The notes below the pieces were generated by a model. That model searched no databases. It was not told the DNA's origin and saw nothing but the letters and a program-made list of their open reading frames with translations. From Mobula hypostoma (lineage: Eukaryota), in contig NC_086108.1 of assembly GCF_963921235.1 (NCBI RefSeq), positions 103,356,001 to 103,420,000 on the forward strand: DNA of 64,000 nucleotides. The letters run 5' to 3'. A program made the translations under genes and the position numbers. Shown here piece by piece: positions 12,513-25,662 of this stretch; the first letter of the stretch is position 1, and each line of letters opens with the position of its first letter.

Positions 12513-12829
12513 AAAAACCTTAATACTACCTCAGAGTAATTTATTTTTCTCACTTTCAACAAACAACATAAACACAATGGCACTAGTGTATTTTTATAAA
12601 TGCGTAAGTTATGCACAATTTATGTTAATTTAAGTCAATGTTGATTTATGTCTGTCATGTTGTTAATGTAGTGTTGCCTCTGCATAAAATTAATTTTTGT
12701 GGCATTAATATCCTATTTATGACAATAAATATGAACACATTCATTTATCAGCAAGAGGTATTTCTAATATAAAATAATCATAAAATATTAAGACTATGGA
12801 TCAAGGTTTGAAGAAAAACTTTTTGCTGT

Positions 12830-13160
12830 AGGGTAGTAGGCAGCCATTGATGCCAGGGGATCATGGGTTTGCGCCTCTCCAGGGCGCAAACCTGAGCGGG
12901 AAGATTTGAGGAACCGGTTGTTGCCCGTGCAGCGGGTTCCCGCTCTCCACGTCACTGATGTAGTCCAAGGTAAGGGCAAGCACCGATACAGCTTGACACC
13001 AGTGTCGTCACAGAGGTTGCCAGAGTGATTTCTTCCTCAGGATTTACTCCCGAAGCCTTTCCCATGGGTGGGTATGGCTACAAGGCAGCAGAGGCCTGAA
13101 ATCAGAGTTTTCCTTCTAGGTGGGCTGCCGCCCAAGGCTGACAAACTCCACCTGCCCGAA
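12830..13160 (-). mobile_element. Non-coding repeat of the same family as 6248-7097
   Basis: Shared segments such as catgggaa(a/g)ggcttcgg(g/a)agtaaa(t/c)cctgagga. Confidence 0.55.
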
Positions 13161-13255
13161 TTTTTGCTGCAAGGATTGCAGAAATACACACAAAAATTTA
13201 TTATATACAAAAACACAAGAGATTCTGCAGATGCTGGAAAACCAGAACAACACAC

Positions 13256-14585
13256 GTGTAATGAACTAGATGAGCATTTTGCATCAGTCTTCACTGTGGA
13301 AGACACTAGCAGTATGCCTAACGTTGTAGTGTGAAGGAAGAGAAGTGGGTGCAGTTACTATTACAAGAGAGAAGGTGCTCAAAAAGCAGAAAGACCTAAA
13401 GGTACATTAAGTCACCCAGACCAGATGAACTGCAATCTAGGGTTCTAAAAGAGGTAGCATTAGAGATTGTGGTGGTATTAGAAATGATCTTTCAAAAATC
13501 ATTGGACTCTGGCTTGGTGCCAGGGGACTGGAAAATTGCAGATGTCACTCCACTCTTTAAGAAAGGAGGAAGGCAGCAGAAAGGAAGTTATAGACAAGTT
13601 AGCCTGACCTCAGTGGTTGGGGAGATGTTAGAGTCAATTGTTAAGGATGAGGTGATGGAGTATTTGGTGACACAGGACAAGACAGTACCAAGTCTGCAGG
13701 ATTTCCTTCAGGGAAATTCTGCCTGACGAACCTATTGGAATTCTTTGAGGTGATTACAAGTAGGATAGATAAAGCAGATGCAGTAGATGTTGTATATTTG
13801 GAATTTCAGAAGAGGCTGCTTACCAAGTTAAGAGTTCATGGTATTATAGGAAAGTTACTAACATGGTTAGAGCATTGGCTGATTGGTAGGAGGCAGCGAG
13901 TGGGAATAAAAGGATCCTTTTCTGGTTGGCTGCCAGTGACTAGTGGTGTTCCGCAGGGGTCGGTGCTGGGACCACTTCTTTATATGCTGTATATAAATGA
14001 TTTAGATGATGGAATAGATGGCTTTGTTGCCAATTTTGTAGATGATACGAAGATTGTGGAGGGGCAGGTAGTGTTGAGGAAACAGGTAGGATGCAGAAGG
14101 ACTTAGACAGACTAGGAGAATGGGCAAGAAAGTGGCAAATGAAATACAATGTTGGAAAATGCATAAATGTGCGGACTATTTTCTAAAAGGGGAGGTGATA
14201 AGAGAGTTTAAGGTTAAGGAACACTTAGGGAACAGTGATCACAATTTTGAAATTTGAGAGGGAAAAAAATAAAATCTAATGTGTTGGTATTTCAGTGGAA
14301 TAAAGGAAATTACAATGGTATGAGAGGGGAACTGGCCAAAGTTGACTGGAAAGGGACATTTGCAGGAAGGACAGCAGAGCAGCAATGGCTGTAGTTTTTG
14401 CGAAAAATGAACGAAGCGCAAGACAGATACATTCCAAATAAGAAGAAATTTTTAAAGGGAAGAAGGACATTACTGTGGCTGACAAGTCAGAGCCAAAGTA
14501 AAAGCAAAAGAGAGGGCATACAAGGAAGCCAGAGGTAGTTGGAAGAGGATTGGGGAGCTTTTAAAAACTTGCAGAAGGAAACTGT
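13256..14585 (+). mobile_element. Degraded CR1 LINE ORF2 (RT) fragments
   Basis: WKIADVTPLFKKG, SGVPQGSVLGPLL and FVDDTK motifs, with frameshifts. Confidence 0.9.
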
Positions 14586-14589
14586 GCGC

Positions 14590-15310
14590 TAATGTCCTCC
14601 TCAGGGGATCAGAGGTGAGAGGTTCAGCAATTTTAAATTCTTCAGCATTACCATTTAAGAGGATCTGTCCTGGGTGTGGAATGTAACTGCCATTACAAAG
14701 AAGACACATCAGCACCTCTATTTTATTAGATGTTTGTGCAGATTCAGCACGTCATCTAAAACTTTGACTAACTTCTACAGATGTGAAGTGGAAAGTATAC
14801 AGTCTGGTATAGAAGCATCAATGCCCTTGAACTGAAAAACTAACAAAAAAAAAGTGGATACAGCTCAGTCAATAACAGGTAACTGAGAATATTTACAAGG
14901 AGAACTGAAGCAGGAAAGTGACATTCATCATCAATGACCGACACCATCCAGGCCATGCTCTCTTCTCGCCGCTACCTTTAGAAAAGAGATGCAGGAGCAT
15001 CAAGTCCCATACTCATGTACAGGAACACTCTATTACCCCTTAACCATAAGGCACTTGAACCAGAGGGGATAAGTTCACACACCCCCAACATTGAACTGAT
15101 TCCACAATCTATGGACTCGCTCTTAGGGACTCTTATAACTCATTTTCTTGATATTTATTGCTTATAGATTTATGATTTTTTTTGTATTTGCACCGTTTGT
15201 TATCTTTTGCACATTGGTTGTTCGTCCGTCTTTGTCATGATCTATTGTGCTACTTCATAGCTACTGTGAATGCCTACAAGGAAATGAATCTCAAGGCTGT
15301 ACACGATGAC
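14590..15310 (+). mobile_element. Rex1/Babar-like LINE 3' fragment (others at 24430-24930, 28200-29030, 42430-43210, 58130-58390)
   Basis: HPGHALFSPLPSGRRY-like remnant and 3' UTR, homologous to the 54371-55485 copy. Confidence 0.65.
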
Positions 15311-15319
15311 AAGGTTTTT

Positions 15320-15965
15320 TTTGAAGTTTTTTAGATTATGAGGACACGCAGTCCTCTTTTATTGTCATTTAGTAATGCATGCAGAATGATAACACAGAAA
15401 CACAAGACAAACCAAGACTAAAAAACTGACAAAAACCACATAATTATAACATATAGTTACAACAGTGCAAAGCAATACCGTAATTTGATAAAGAACAGAC
15501 TATGGGCACGGTAAAAAAAAAGTCTCAAAGTCTCTCAAAAGTCCCATCATCTCACGCAGACGATAGAAGGAAGAGAAACTCTCTTCCTGCCATTAACTTC
15601 CAGCGCCGTAAACTTGCCGATGCAGCACCCTGGAAGCACCCGACCACAACCGACTCTTGAGTCCGTCCAAAAACTTCAAGCCTCCGACCAGCCCCCCGAC
15701 ACCAAGCACCATCTCTGCCGAGCGCTTCGACCCCAGCCCTGGCAACAGGCAAAGCCGAGGATTTGGGGCCTTCCCCTCCGGAGATTCTCAATTGCACAGT
15801 AGCAATGGCAGCGAAGCAGGCATTTCAGAAGTTTCTCCAGATGTTCCTCCGTGCTTCTCACATCTGCCTCCATCAAATCAGGATTGTGCATGGCCCCTAC
15901 TTACAAATACGATATCATTTCGGAGCAGCTGCGTGCACTGCGTTGCGCCGCCATCTTCTCCTCCC
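15320..15965 (-). mobile_element. Short non-autonomous LINE derivative (5' UTR-like head joined to a LINE-type tail)
   Basis: Minus-strand head AAGATGGCGGC (15947-15957), CpG-rich body, AATAAA and aatcta tail. Degenerate flanking repeat ctcaagg.tgta.a.gat at 15290-15307 and 15966-15983. Confidence 0.55.
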
Positions 15966-16119
15966 CTCAAGGTTGTATATGATTTGACAATAAATTTTAT
16001 TTGAACTTTGAACATAGGATGTGCATATACACAACCATACAGACATCCGAGCACAAAAACATTAGCACACAGGATCATCCAAACATACTGAACAAAAAGG
16101 GGGTAATTCAGCTAACTGA

Positions 16120-16760
16120 ATATAGGAAGTACGGTACAGCACAGGAACAGATCCATCGGACCATAATGTTGTGCCAAACTAGTTAAAAAGTAAATCAAAA
16201 ACTAATCCCTCCTACCTACACAATGTCCACATCCCTTCAGCTTCTTCGCATTCACGTGCCTATCTAAACGTCTCTTAAAAGCCTCTAATGTTTTTGCCTC
16301 TACCACCATACCAAGCAGTGCATTCCCGGCATCCACCACTCTCTACATAAAAAAACTTACCCCTTATATCCCCCTTGAACCTTCAATGCATGCCTTCTAA
16401 TATTAGACATTTCTACCCTAGGAAAAAGATACTCCCTGTTTACTCTGTCTATGCCTCTCATAATCTTATAAACTGCTATCAGATTTCCCTTCAGCCTCTG
16501 CTGCTCCAAAGAAAACAAACCAAATTTGTTTAGCCTCTCATGATAGCACATGCTCTCTAAGCCAGGCAGCATCCTGGCAAACCTCTTCTGCAAACAAGAG
16601 AAAATCTGAAGATGCTGGAAATCCAAGAAACACACAAAATGCTTGAGGAACTCAGCAGGCCAGCAGCATCTTTGGAAAAGAGTATAGTCAACGTTCTGGG
16701 CCGAGATCCTTCATCAGGACTGGAGAGAAAACCTCTTCTGCACCTTCTCCAAAGCTTCAA
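16120..16760 (-). mobile_element. CR1 3' region interrupted by a Penelope pLTR fragment
   Basis: QKRFARMLPGL...GLFSLE motif split at the insertion. Confidence 0.8.
16593..16728 (-). mobile_element. Penelope pLTR fragment with degenerate hammerhead motif and 14-bp TSD
   Basis: TSD aaacctcttctgca at 16579-16592 and 16729-16742. Confidence 0.85.
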
Positions 16761-17398
16761 TTGTGCTTGTGCTGAGTTTAAATCTTCCATCTACACATTT
16801 TACATCCCAACTGGTGTCAATATTTTTAAAGTGTACAGTACTCAATCTGGAATCTACCGTATTTCTCAGCCTTCCTAACTCACCCCTCTCAAGTTCCACC
16901 ATTCTAAGTAAACCTCCTCCTTTACTCATTTCCACTGACTACACTAAACTTACCTTTTCAAGGGATTTCAACAGACTAGTATTTTTCAGATAACCTATCA
17001 TTTTAATTTATTTATGACAGATGGGAAAAAAAGGAACTACCACATTTCTCAAGGTATTTAAGCATCTGAAACCTTGAAAAGGTCAAAAATTTGCCTTTGA
17101 AGTTCAGGCTCACAATTTAAATGTCAATCGTTATATGAATTTGAAAGGGAAGATATTTAAGGAACATTGAATAGCTTGCTTTCTCAATATTAATTCAGTG
17201 TGAGATAAATCTGTCAGCAATGTGCATCTGGATATTAGAAGTGAAACGCAAAACAACATGCTGTATATATGTTTTCCTAATACAAGTTAGCAGGATTGTT
17301 GAGCAACGTTCCCTCTCATTTTTTTTTACAGCCGCATGGACCAACCAGTGCTCTGAGCATTTTTTCTTTAAAAACACGGCCTGAAAACTGTGCGGAAC

Positions 17399-19557
17399 TT
17401 TTTTTTAAATATAATTTTTATTAAATTTTCAAAAAGAATACATGAAAAGATAAAATCTACCCACCCCACCTCCCCTTAACCCTCCCCCCCCCCATATATA
17501 GTCCTACCTAAAAAGAAAGAAAGAGAAAAAAAAAGCCGCCTGGGTATTGGAAGGTTTCCACATGCTCCATGGGATTCAAAATAAATTTGGTATAATTATT
17601 CGTTACTTTCCCCAAGTAACCAAAATCTTTATCGGAGCACTTAAATATGCCATCCTATCTTTTGTAAATAAGGGCGCCAAATATTCAAAAATGTTACATA
17701 TTTATCTCTTAAATTATAAGTAATTTTTTCAAGTGGAATAGAACTAGCCATTTCATTATTCCAACGATCCATACTTAAATACGAATCAGATTTCCAAGTA
17801 ACTGCTATAGTCTTCTTAGCTACTGCCAATGCAATTTTTATAAATTCTTTCTGATATTTATTCAATTTAAGTTTCGGTTTTATCCCTTCAATATCACCTA
17901 ATAGAAATAATACAGGGTTATGTGGAAGTTGAATTCCAGTAATTCGTTCCAATAAGACTCTTAAATTTATCCAAAAGGGTTGAATTTTAAAACAAGACCA
18001 AGTAGAATGTAAAAAAGTACCAATTTCTTGATTACACCGAAAACATTTATCAGATAGATTTGAATTTAATCTATTTATTTTTTGTGGTGTAATATATAAT
18101 TGGTGTAAAAAAATTATATTGTACTAATCTAAGTCGAACATTTATTGTATTTGTCATACTGTCAAGACAAAGTCTTGACCAATTTGTTTCATCAATATCA
18201 ATATTCAGATCTGTTTCCCATTTTTGCTTTGACTTATGGGTTCCTTGTTTAATTGTCTGTTCTTGAATCAAATTATACATACAAGAAATAAATTTTTAAA
18301 TTTTCCCTTTTTGAATTAAAATTTCAATTTCATCAGGCTTTGGCAAAAACATTGTTTGACCCAGCTTACCTATTAAGTAAGCCCTTAATTGAAAGTAACA
18401 AAAGAAAGTATTATTAGATATTTTATATTTATCCTTTAATTGTTCAAATGACATCAATATACCTCGCTCAAAACAATCTCCTATAAATTTAATCCCTTTT
18501 TGGTACCAATTATATAAAAGTTGATTGTCCATTGTAAAAGGAATAAGTCTGTTTTGGAACAAAGGTCTCCTTGCTAATAGAGATTTCTGTGTTTCCTTAT
18601 CAACATTTATCTTATTCCATAGATCAATCAAATGTGTTAATATAGGAGATTCTTTCTTTTCCCGTATCCATTTAGATTCCCATTTATATATAAAATCTTC
18701 AGGTTTATTTTCTCCTATCTTGTCTAGTTCTATTTTAATCCATGCTGGTTTTTGATCATCGAAAAAAGATGCAATAAATCTAAGTTGATGTGCTTTATAG
18801 TAGGTTTTAAAGTTTGGAAGTTGTAACCCTCCTAACCCAAATTTACATGTCAGTTTTTCCAATGATATTCTTGACATTTTACCTTTCCAAAGAAATTTTC
18901 TCACACATTTATTTAACTCTTGAAAAAATTTCTGTGGCAATTGTATTGGTAATGTTTGAAACAAATACTGTAATCTAGGAAATATATTCATTTTTACAAC
19001 ATTGACTCTACCTACTAATGTTATTGGTAGTATCATCCATTTGTCAAGATCTTCTTGAATTTTTTTCAATAATGGTAAATAATTAAATTTATATAAATTC
19101 TTTACATCATTATCAAGTCTTATACCTAAATACTTTATACCATTTACCGGCCATCTAAATTGGGTTACTAATCGACATTGACTATAGTCTCCTTTAGTAA
19201 GAGGTAAAATTTCACTTTTATCCCAGTTTATTTTGTAACCTGATACCTTCCCATATTCATCCAATCTAGAAGATAATTTATGTAACGAATGTTGTGGGTT
19301 TGTTAAATAGATCAAAACATCATCGGCAAAAAGATTAATTTTATATTCCTCTTGGTTAACTTTAAAACCCATACTATCTGGATCAATTCTAATTAGTTCT
19401 GCTAATGGCTCTATCGCCAATACAAATAAAGCAGGTGATAGTGGACAACCTTGTCTAGTTGACCTTTTTAACTGGAATGGTGTTGAAATTTGAGAGTTTG
19501 TCACTACTTTAGCTTTAGGGTTAGAATTTAAAGTTTTAATCCAATTTATAGAAGATG
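17399..19557 (-). mobile_element. 5'-truncated L1-clade LINE: RT C-terminal half, CCHC knuckle, 3' UTR, poly(A)
   Basis: 402-aa ORF with RQGCPLSP, LFADD, KYLG and GGLQLP; frameshifted continuation contains CFRC...H...C; AATAAA and A-tail near 17399-17422. Confidence 0.92.
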
Positions 19558-19816
19558 TTTAAATGTTTTTTGCAATATGCACACTATGAATATTTAGAAT
19601 GAAAGTTGAAAAATCACATACTTTTGATTTATTAATTAAGAGATGTAATGAAATAAAGTACAACAGAGGCCCAAACATTCCCTTAGGATCTGATACTGTT
19701 TCTCTGTTTCTGCAATTTAAAACTACAGATTGAAAGGAAAAATCTGATGAATAGGACAGACTGTAAGACACCTTGCTCCTAGGGTTATGGGCCATTAATT
19801 CTTTATGGAGACTTAC

Positions 19817-19972
19817 CGAGACCTCGTCATCAGCAGCTGCATCTAGCTGACTGCTGTAAATGCTGCCCCGGTCATCTTCATCATCCATGTAGACTGGAGG
19901 TTCATGCGATGCCATGAAGGTGGATGGCCGGAAGAGGTGCTTATTGAGAGGGTGCTGGCGTCTGTTTGAAGA
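19817..19972 (-). CDS. ZZZ3: ZZZ3 coding exon (156 bp): SSNRRQHPLNKHLFRPSTFMASHEPPVYMDDEDDRGSIYSSQLDAAADDEVS
   Basis: RRQHPLNKHLF and HEPPVYM motifs of ZZZ3. Acceptor aactttag, donor gtaagt. Confidence 0.95.
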
Positions 19973-20219
19973 CTAAAGTTTGAAAAGAGAATGAAAGATT
20001 TAGACTCATTGATTCACCCTGGCCATGTTGTTCCTGCAGAATAAAACAGGAGGTAAGTTACTACAAACAATGAAAATGATGTAGAACAGAAAATTTTTGG
20101 AGTTTCTCAACAGGTTGGCCTTTTATTTTCATCTTTTGGTCCTCCCTAACCAATATTCCACTAAATTCAAGCTAACTTGTTACATCAGTTATCTCCAAAT
20201 ATCAATCAGAATAACAGAC

Positions 20220-21460
20220 ACAGAACAGTACATCACAGGAACAAGCTCTTCACCCCAATATCTCTGCCAAGCATGATGTCAACTTAAACTAATCCTTTTT
20301 GCCTGGACATGATCCGTATTTCACCATTCCATGCACATTCATGTTCCTACCAGAAGTTCAAAAATTTAAGGTAAAATTATTGTCAAAAGTACATATGTGT
20401 TACAATATACTACCTTGAGATTTGATTTCTTACAGGTATTTACAGGAAAATAAAGAGATGCAAAAGAACTTATGAAAAACTGTACATAATAAAGACTGAC
20501 AAACAACCAAATGGGCAAATAATAAATAAACAAACAAATAAACATACATGAGATGCAGAGTCCTTTAAAATGAGTCCACAGGTTGTGGAGTCAGTTCTAC
20601 ACTGAAGTAGGTGAACTTACCCACTCTGGTTCAGGAACCTGATGGTTGTAAGGTCATAACTGCTCCTGAAACTGGTGGTGTGGATCTAAGGTTCCTGTAC
20701 CTCCTCCCTGATGGTAGTAGCTAAACGTCTCTTGGACAACACTACTGTATCTGCTTCTGGTAGTGTATTCCAGGGTACCCATCACCCTCCATGTAAAAAC
20801 AATTTGCCTAGTACACCCTTCTAAACTTTTCCCCTCTCAACTTAAAGCTATGCCCTTTAAAATTCAAATTCGACATTTCTACTCTGGGAATAAGTTTCTG
20901 GCTCTCTACCTTATCTATCACTCTCTTAATTCTATATAATGGGTCAAAATTATGAGGGGCATTGGCAGGATAAATACAAGCAGGCTTTTCCCACTGAGTT
21001 GGGGTGAGACTACAACCGAGGTCATGGGTTAAGGATGAAAGGTGAAAAGTTTGGGGGGAATACGAGGGAAAACAACTTCACTCAGAGAGTCGTTAGAGTG
21101 TGGAACGAGATGGTGCATGCAAGCTTGATTTCAACATTTAAGCAAAGTTTGGATAGGTACATGGACATGTCGATGGGAGTAGGCAGTTTAAATGGTTTTG
21201 GCATGGATTAGATAGACAAAAGAGCCTGTTTCTATGACCTCTCTCAGGATCCATTGCTCCAGAGAAAACAATCCAAATTTGTCCAAGTACTCCTTACAGG
21301 TAATACCCTCTAATCCAGGCTGCATCCTGGTAAACCTCTTCTGACCTATCTCCAAAGCCACCACATCATTCCCATAGTGGGGTAACCTGAAACACATGCA
21401 TAGTGGGAGCAAAGACAACAACATTGGTTCTTTATGAAGTATTATTAACATAGCCACAAC
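20220..21460 (-). mobile_element. CR1 3' region with nested inserts (Rex-like tail ~20350-20720; plus-strand CR1 3' end ~20945-21235)
   Basis: QKRFTRMQPGLEG...GLFSLE motif; the CR1 sequence resumes after each insert. Confidence 0.7.
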
Positions 21461-21572
21461 ATCCCGAAGTTCTTCACTGGGATGTTATCACACCAAAAAA
21501 AGATGCTCAATGTTACTGAAGATAAAATGTCAGGTAACAAATAGCTTTGGTCAATGGTCAATGAAGTACATA

Positions 21573-22856
21573 CAGTGTTTATAAAAAGTAATCACACCTC
21601 CCCCCCCTTGGAAGTTTTCATGTTATATTCTTTTACAACACTGAATCACAGAGAATTTAATTTGGCTTTTTTGACACTGACCAACAGAAAAGACTCTCCT
21701 GTCAAAGTGAAAACAGATCTCTACAAAGTGATCTAAATTAATTATAAATATAGAACAACTGATTGCATAAGTATTCAGCCCCTTTAATATGATACACTAA
21801 ATCATCACTGGTGCAGGCAACTGGTTTTAGAAGTCACATAATTAGTTAAATGGAGATCACTGTGGGCAGTCAAAAGTGTTTCAATTGACTGTAGTAAAAA
21901 TACACCTGTATCTGGAAGGTCCAACTGCCGGTGAGTCAGTACCCTGGCAAAAACTAACACCATGAAGACAAAATAACACTCCAAGAAACTCCATGAAAAG
22001 GTTACTGAAAAGCACAAGTCAGGAGATGGATACAAAAAAAATTTCCAAGTCACTGAATATCCCTTGGAGCACAGTTAAGTCAATCATCAGGAAATGGAAA
22101 GAATATGGCACAGCTGTAAATCTGCCTAGAGCAGGCCGTCCTCAAAAAGTGAATGACCATGCAAGGAGACTAGTGAGGTCGGCCACCAAGAGACCCAGGA
22201 CAACTCTGAAGGAGTTACAAGCTTTAGTGGCCGAGATGGGTGAGATTGAGCATACAACAACTTTTGCCCATAGTTTCACCAGTCGCAGCTTTATGAGAGA
22301 GTGGCAAAGAGAAAAGGACTATTGAAAAAACTCACATGAAATCTCAGCTGGAGTTTGCCAAAAGGCATTTAGGAGACACTGAAGTCAGCTACAAGTAGAT
22401 TCTGTGGTCTGATGAAACCAAAATTGAGCTTTTTTGGCCATCAGACTAAATGCTATGTTTGGCATATGCCAAATACCGCACATCATCAAAAACATACCAT
22501 CCCTACCGTGAAGCGTGGTGGTGGCTGCATCATGCTGTGGGATGCTTCACTACGGCAGGCCCTGGAAGGCTTGTGAAGATAGAGGGTAAAATGAATACAA
22601 CAAAATACATACCAAAGGTGCATCTACAAAATACTGATTTGAAGGGGTGAATATTTATGCCATCAATCATTTTGTGTTTTATATTTGTAATTGATTTAGA
22701 TCATTTGTAGACATCTGTTTTCTCTTTGACGCAAAAGAGACTTTTTCTGTTATCAGTGTCAAAAAAGCAAATTAAATCCACTGTGATTCAATGTTGTAAA
22801 ACAATAAAACATTAAAACTTCCATGGGCGGGGGTTAATACTTTTAAAAAGGCACTT
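21573..22856 (+). mobile_element. Internally deleted Tc1/mariner transposon with ~215-bp IR/DR-type terminal inverted repeats
   Basis: TA|CAGTG left end; TIRs ~21573-21787 and ~22638-22856. Transposase remnants KKISKSLNIPWSTVKSII..GRP, WSDETKIELF and TVKRGGG; the remaining DDE region is absent. Confidence 0.9.
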
Positions 22857-23171
22857 CTTATGTCTTATGTATGTTAAAGGAGGAAAGAGAAGGGGGAAGC
22901 ATTTAAAACAGAGAATCTCAGAGCTCAGGGGTTGAGTAACTGAAGAAACACTGCAGATGATGCAAAAAAAAACAAACTGCTGGAGGAATTCAGTGGGTCA
23001 AACAGCCTATGTGGAGCAAAGCCTTCTCAAATTGTAATTGCGAACTTGTATTTTGCTTCACCACAACCTCAAAGTATCCCAGTGGACAACATTTGAAGTA
23101 CAGTCATTGTTGTCATGAAAGCAAGCCTGCAATGAACTGGCGCCCTAATAATCCTTCTATAAGCAAAACTG

Positions 23172-23691
23172 CACTCAGTGGCCACTTTATTAGGTGCAGC
23201 TGTACATTTGCTCATTTATGCAAATATCAGCTAATCATGCGGCAGCAACAATGCATAAAAGCATGCAGACATGGTCAAGAGGTTCCTTTGTTATTCAGAC
23301 CAAATCGGAATGGGGAAGAAATGTGATCCAAGTGACTTTGGCTTATGGAGACAGGGTGGTTTGAGTATTTCAGAAACTGCTGTTCTCCTGGGATTTTCAC
23401 ACACAATGAGTTTACAGAGAATGGTGTGAGAAACAAAACAACCCAGTGACCAGCAGTTCTGCGAAAATACCATATTATATGAAAGAGGTCAGAGGAGAAT
23501 GACCACACTTTGATTCAAGCTTACAGGAAGGCAAAGTAACTGTTACAACAGTGGTGTGCAGAAGAACATCTCTGAATGCACAACATGTCAAATTTTGAAG
23601 TGGATGGGCTACAGCAGCAAAAGACCATGAACAAATATGCGGTACCCACTTTATTAGGTTCCTTCAGTATTTCATAAAGTGGCTACTGAGT
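23172..23691 (+). mobile_element. Tc1-like non-autonomous element
   Basis: Short TIRs cactcagtggccactttat / ataaagtggctactgagt; internal partial TIR copy at ~23645-23660. Confidence 0.7.
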
Positions 23692-25582
23692 TTATGTTGA
23701 GAGAATTAACTGGGAGAATGCCCTGCTGTTTGAATTTTTTTTTTCAGATCTAAAGGCAGGAAACATTAACTGAGACACAACCTTTCCAGCATCCTATCAC
23801 TCTCACAGTACAACTATGGGGCATTAGACCAACATACTCAACTTCAAACATGGTTTTTGCATCCTTAATCCCCTACAACATAGTGATGCATGGGAACGAA
23901 GGAATAACAATGTGATTGTAGATGTGTTAGTAACAAGAAAGCATCCCTAAGGGGTGAACACTTGCTGTTATAATGCACTCTAGTTCAGCCAAACCCAGAC
24001 TAAACCAATCACAATGATTGCACACATTGAAACAACCTTTAAGAATACATTACTCTTCATCCATATCACATTTTGCACCTTAGCTGCTCAAGCTATATAT
24101 GTGAAAAACAGCATGGCTGGCTACCACAGACAGTGTGTGGGCCAACTATACCAAAGAGGAGGAAAAGATAAAGATTGACAGACTGTGTTAAGCAAGTAAC
24201 AGTTGAGAGAAAGGAATAAAAAACAAATAAGAACAGATGTTGAAATGAGAGAAATGAATTAAAACAAGTAAGAACAGATGTTAAATTAGGCAAAGAAAGG
24301 ATGAGCAAATGTTTTAAAAATTGGTGAAGAAATCATAACATTCTTAGGTAGAGAAAGGGGGTGTGCTGGGAGAGAATTGGGGGTGGAATTGTAGAAAACA
24401 AATACCTCTCTCATTCTTCTCACAATCTCTTTGACCTCCCGCTGTCAGGCAGAAGGTACTGCAACATAACAGCCAGAACTGTCAGGCTGGGTTACAGCTT
24501 CTTGCCCCAGGCTGTTAGACTTCTTAAGAATTCCTAACACTGCTGCCACCCAACACGCATGCACACCCTGTCTGAATGCCCCTGCCACTCCCTAGCTCAC
24601 AGACACACTCTTATTCTGCACGTTATTTTTAACCTTTTATTGCTGCTTTTTCACAAGTTTATACCACTGTGTTTTATTATAATGGTGCCTGTAACATTGT
24701 ACTGTCGTACATAAGCTTCCACCTTGCTCGCACTTTATGTCAGCCTGCCAACCTTCAGGCCAGGCCACTCAGAGACTTGTGCCAATATTAATCAGTGACT
24801 GTATGTGCTGGATCATTATATGTGGTGTGTATGACTATATGTACTGCATTTTGTACCCAGAGTAACAGTGCTTTGTTTGGCTGGAAACATGTATATCATT
24901 GAACGACAATAAACCTTAACTTCAACCAAATTCTCTCATGTGTTCTCAGCATCACCCCTCCTGAATTGGGACACTGAAAAGCATCAGGAGCAGGAGGCCT
25001 GGCTGAAATGATGCTCCATTCCAGAGAGGTCACGTGGTCGGATGTGGAAACTAGTTCGAAATCCGCTCCAACCTTGTGTGATTCTTACACTGAGCAACCT
25101 GAACCAGAAGATAATTAAGAATATACCATGTATCACGTTACTCCCCAAAACACCCTTCATACTTCTGAGAAGCACAGTAATTGACAGTAGGGTTGTACTG
25201 CTCCATTAAATATAATTAGTTTTTGGGCAGTCTGAAATTATTTCTAATTATATTCTTGATTAAACTTAACTGAAGCAAAATAACAAATATTATGCAAATC
25301 CAGAATGTAGTCCATTACCAGCCTGTAGGAGTCTGGAACATTTGGCAAAATGGTGAATTCTGCAGGAACTAATGTACACCAACTTCAGTATAATATGGCT
25401 TTCCTCACCTGTTTATGCTACTCTGGCCCATTAACAAAGCTCTCATATCACCTAAAATTTTAGTCTTTGCAGTACTCAGGTTACTTCAAGTCATAGAGTA
25501 CTACAGCACAGAACAGGCCCCTCGACCTATCTAGTCTGTATCAAACAGTTATTCTGCTTAGTCCCATCAACTGTACCTGGAC

Positions 25583-25662
25583 CAGGGTTCCCCAACCTTT
25601 TTTATGCCATGGACTCCTACCATTAACCGAAGGGTCCATGGATCACTGGTTGGGAACCCCTG
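25583..25662. mobile_element. ~80-bp hAT-like MITE inside a CR1 3' end (second copy 46885-46963, opposite orientation)
   Basis: TIRs cagggttccccaacc / ggttgggaacccctg; near-identical internal sequence in both copies. Confidence 0.7.
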
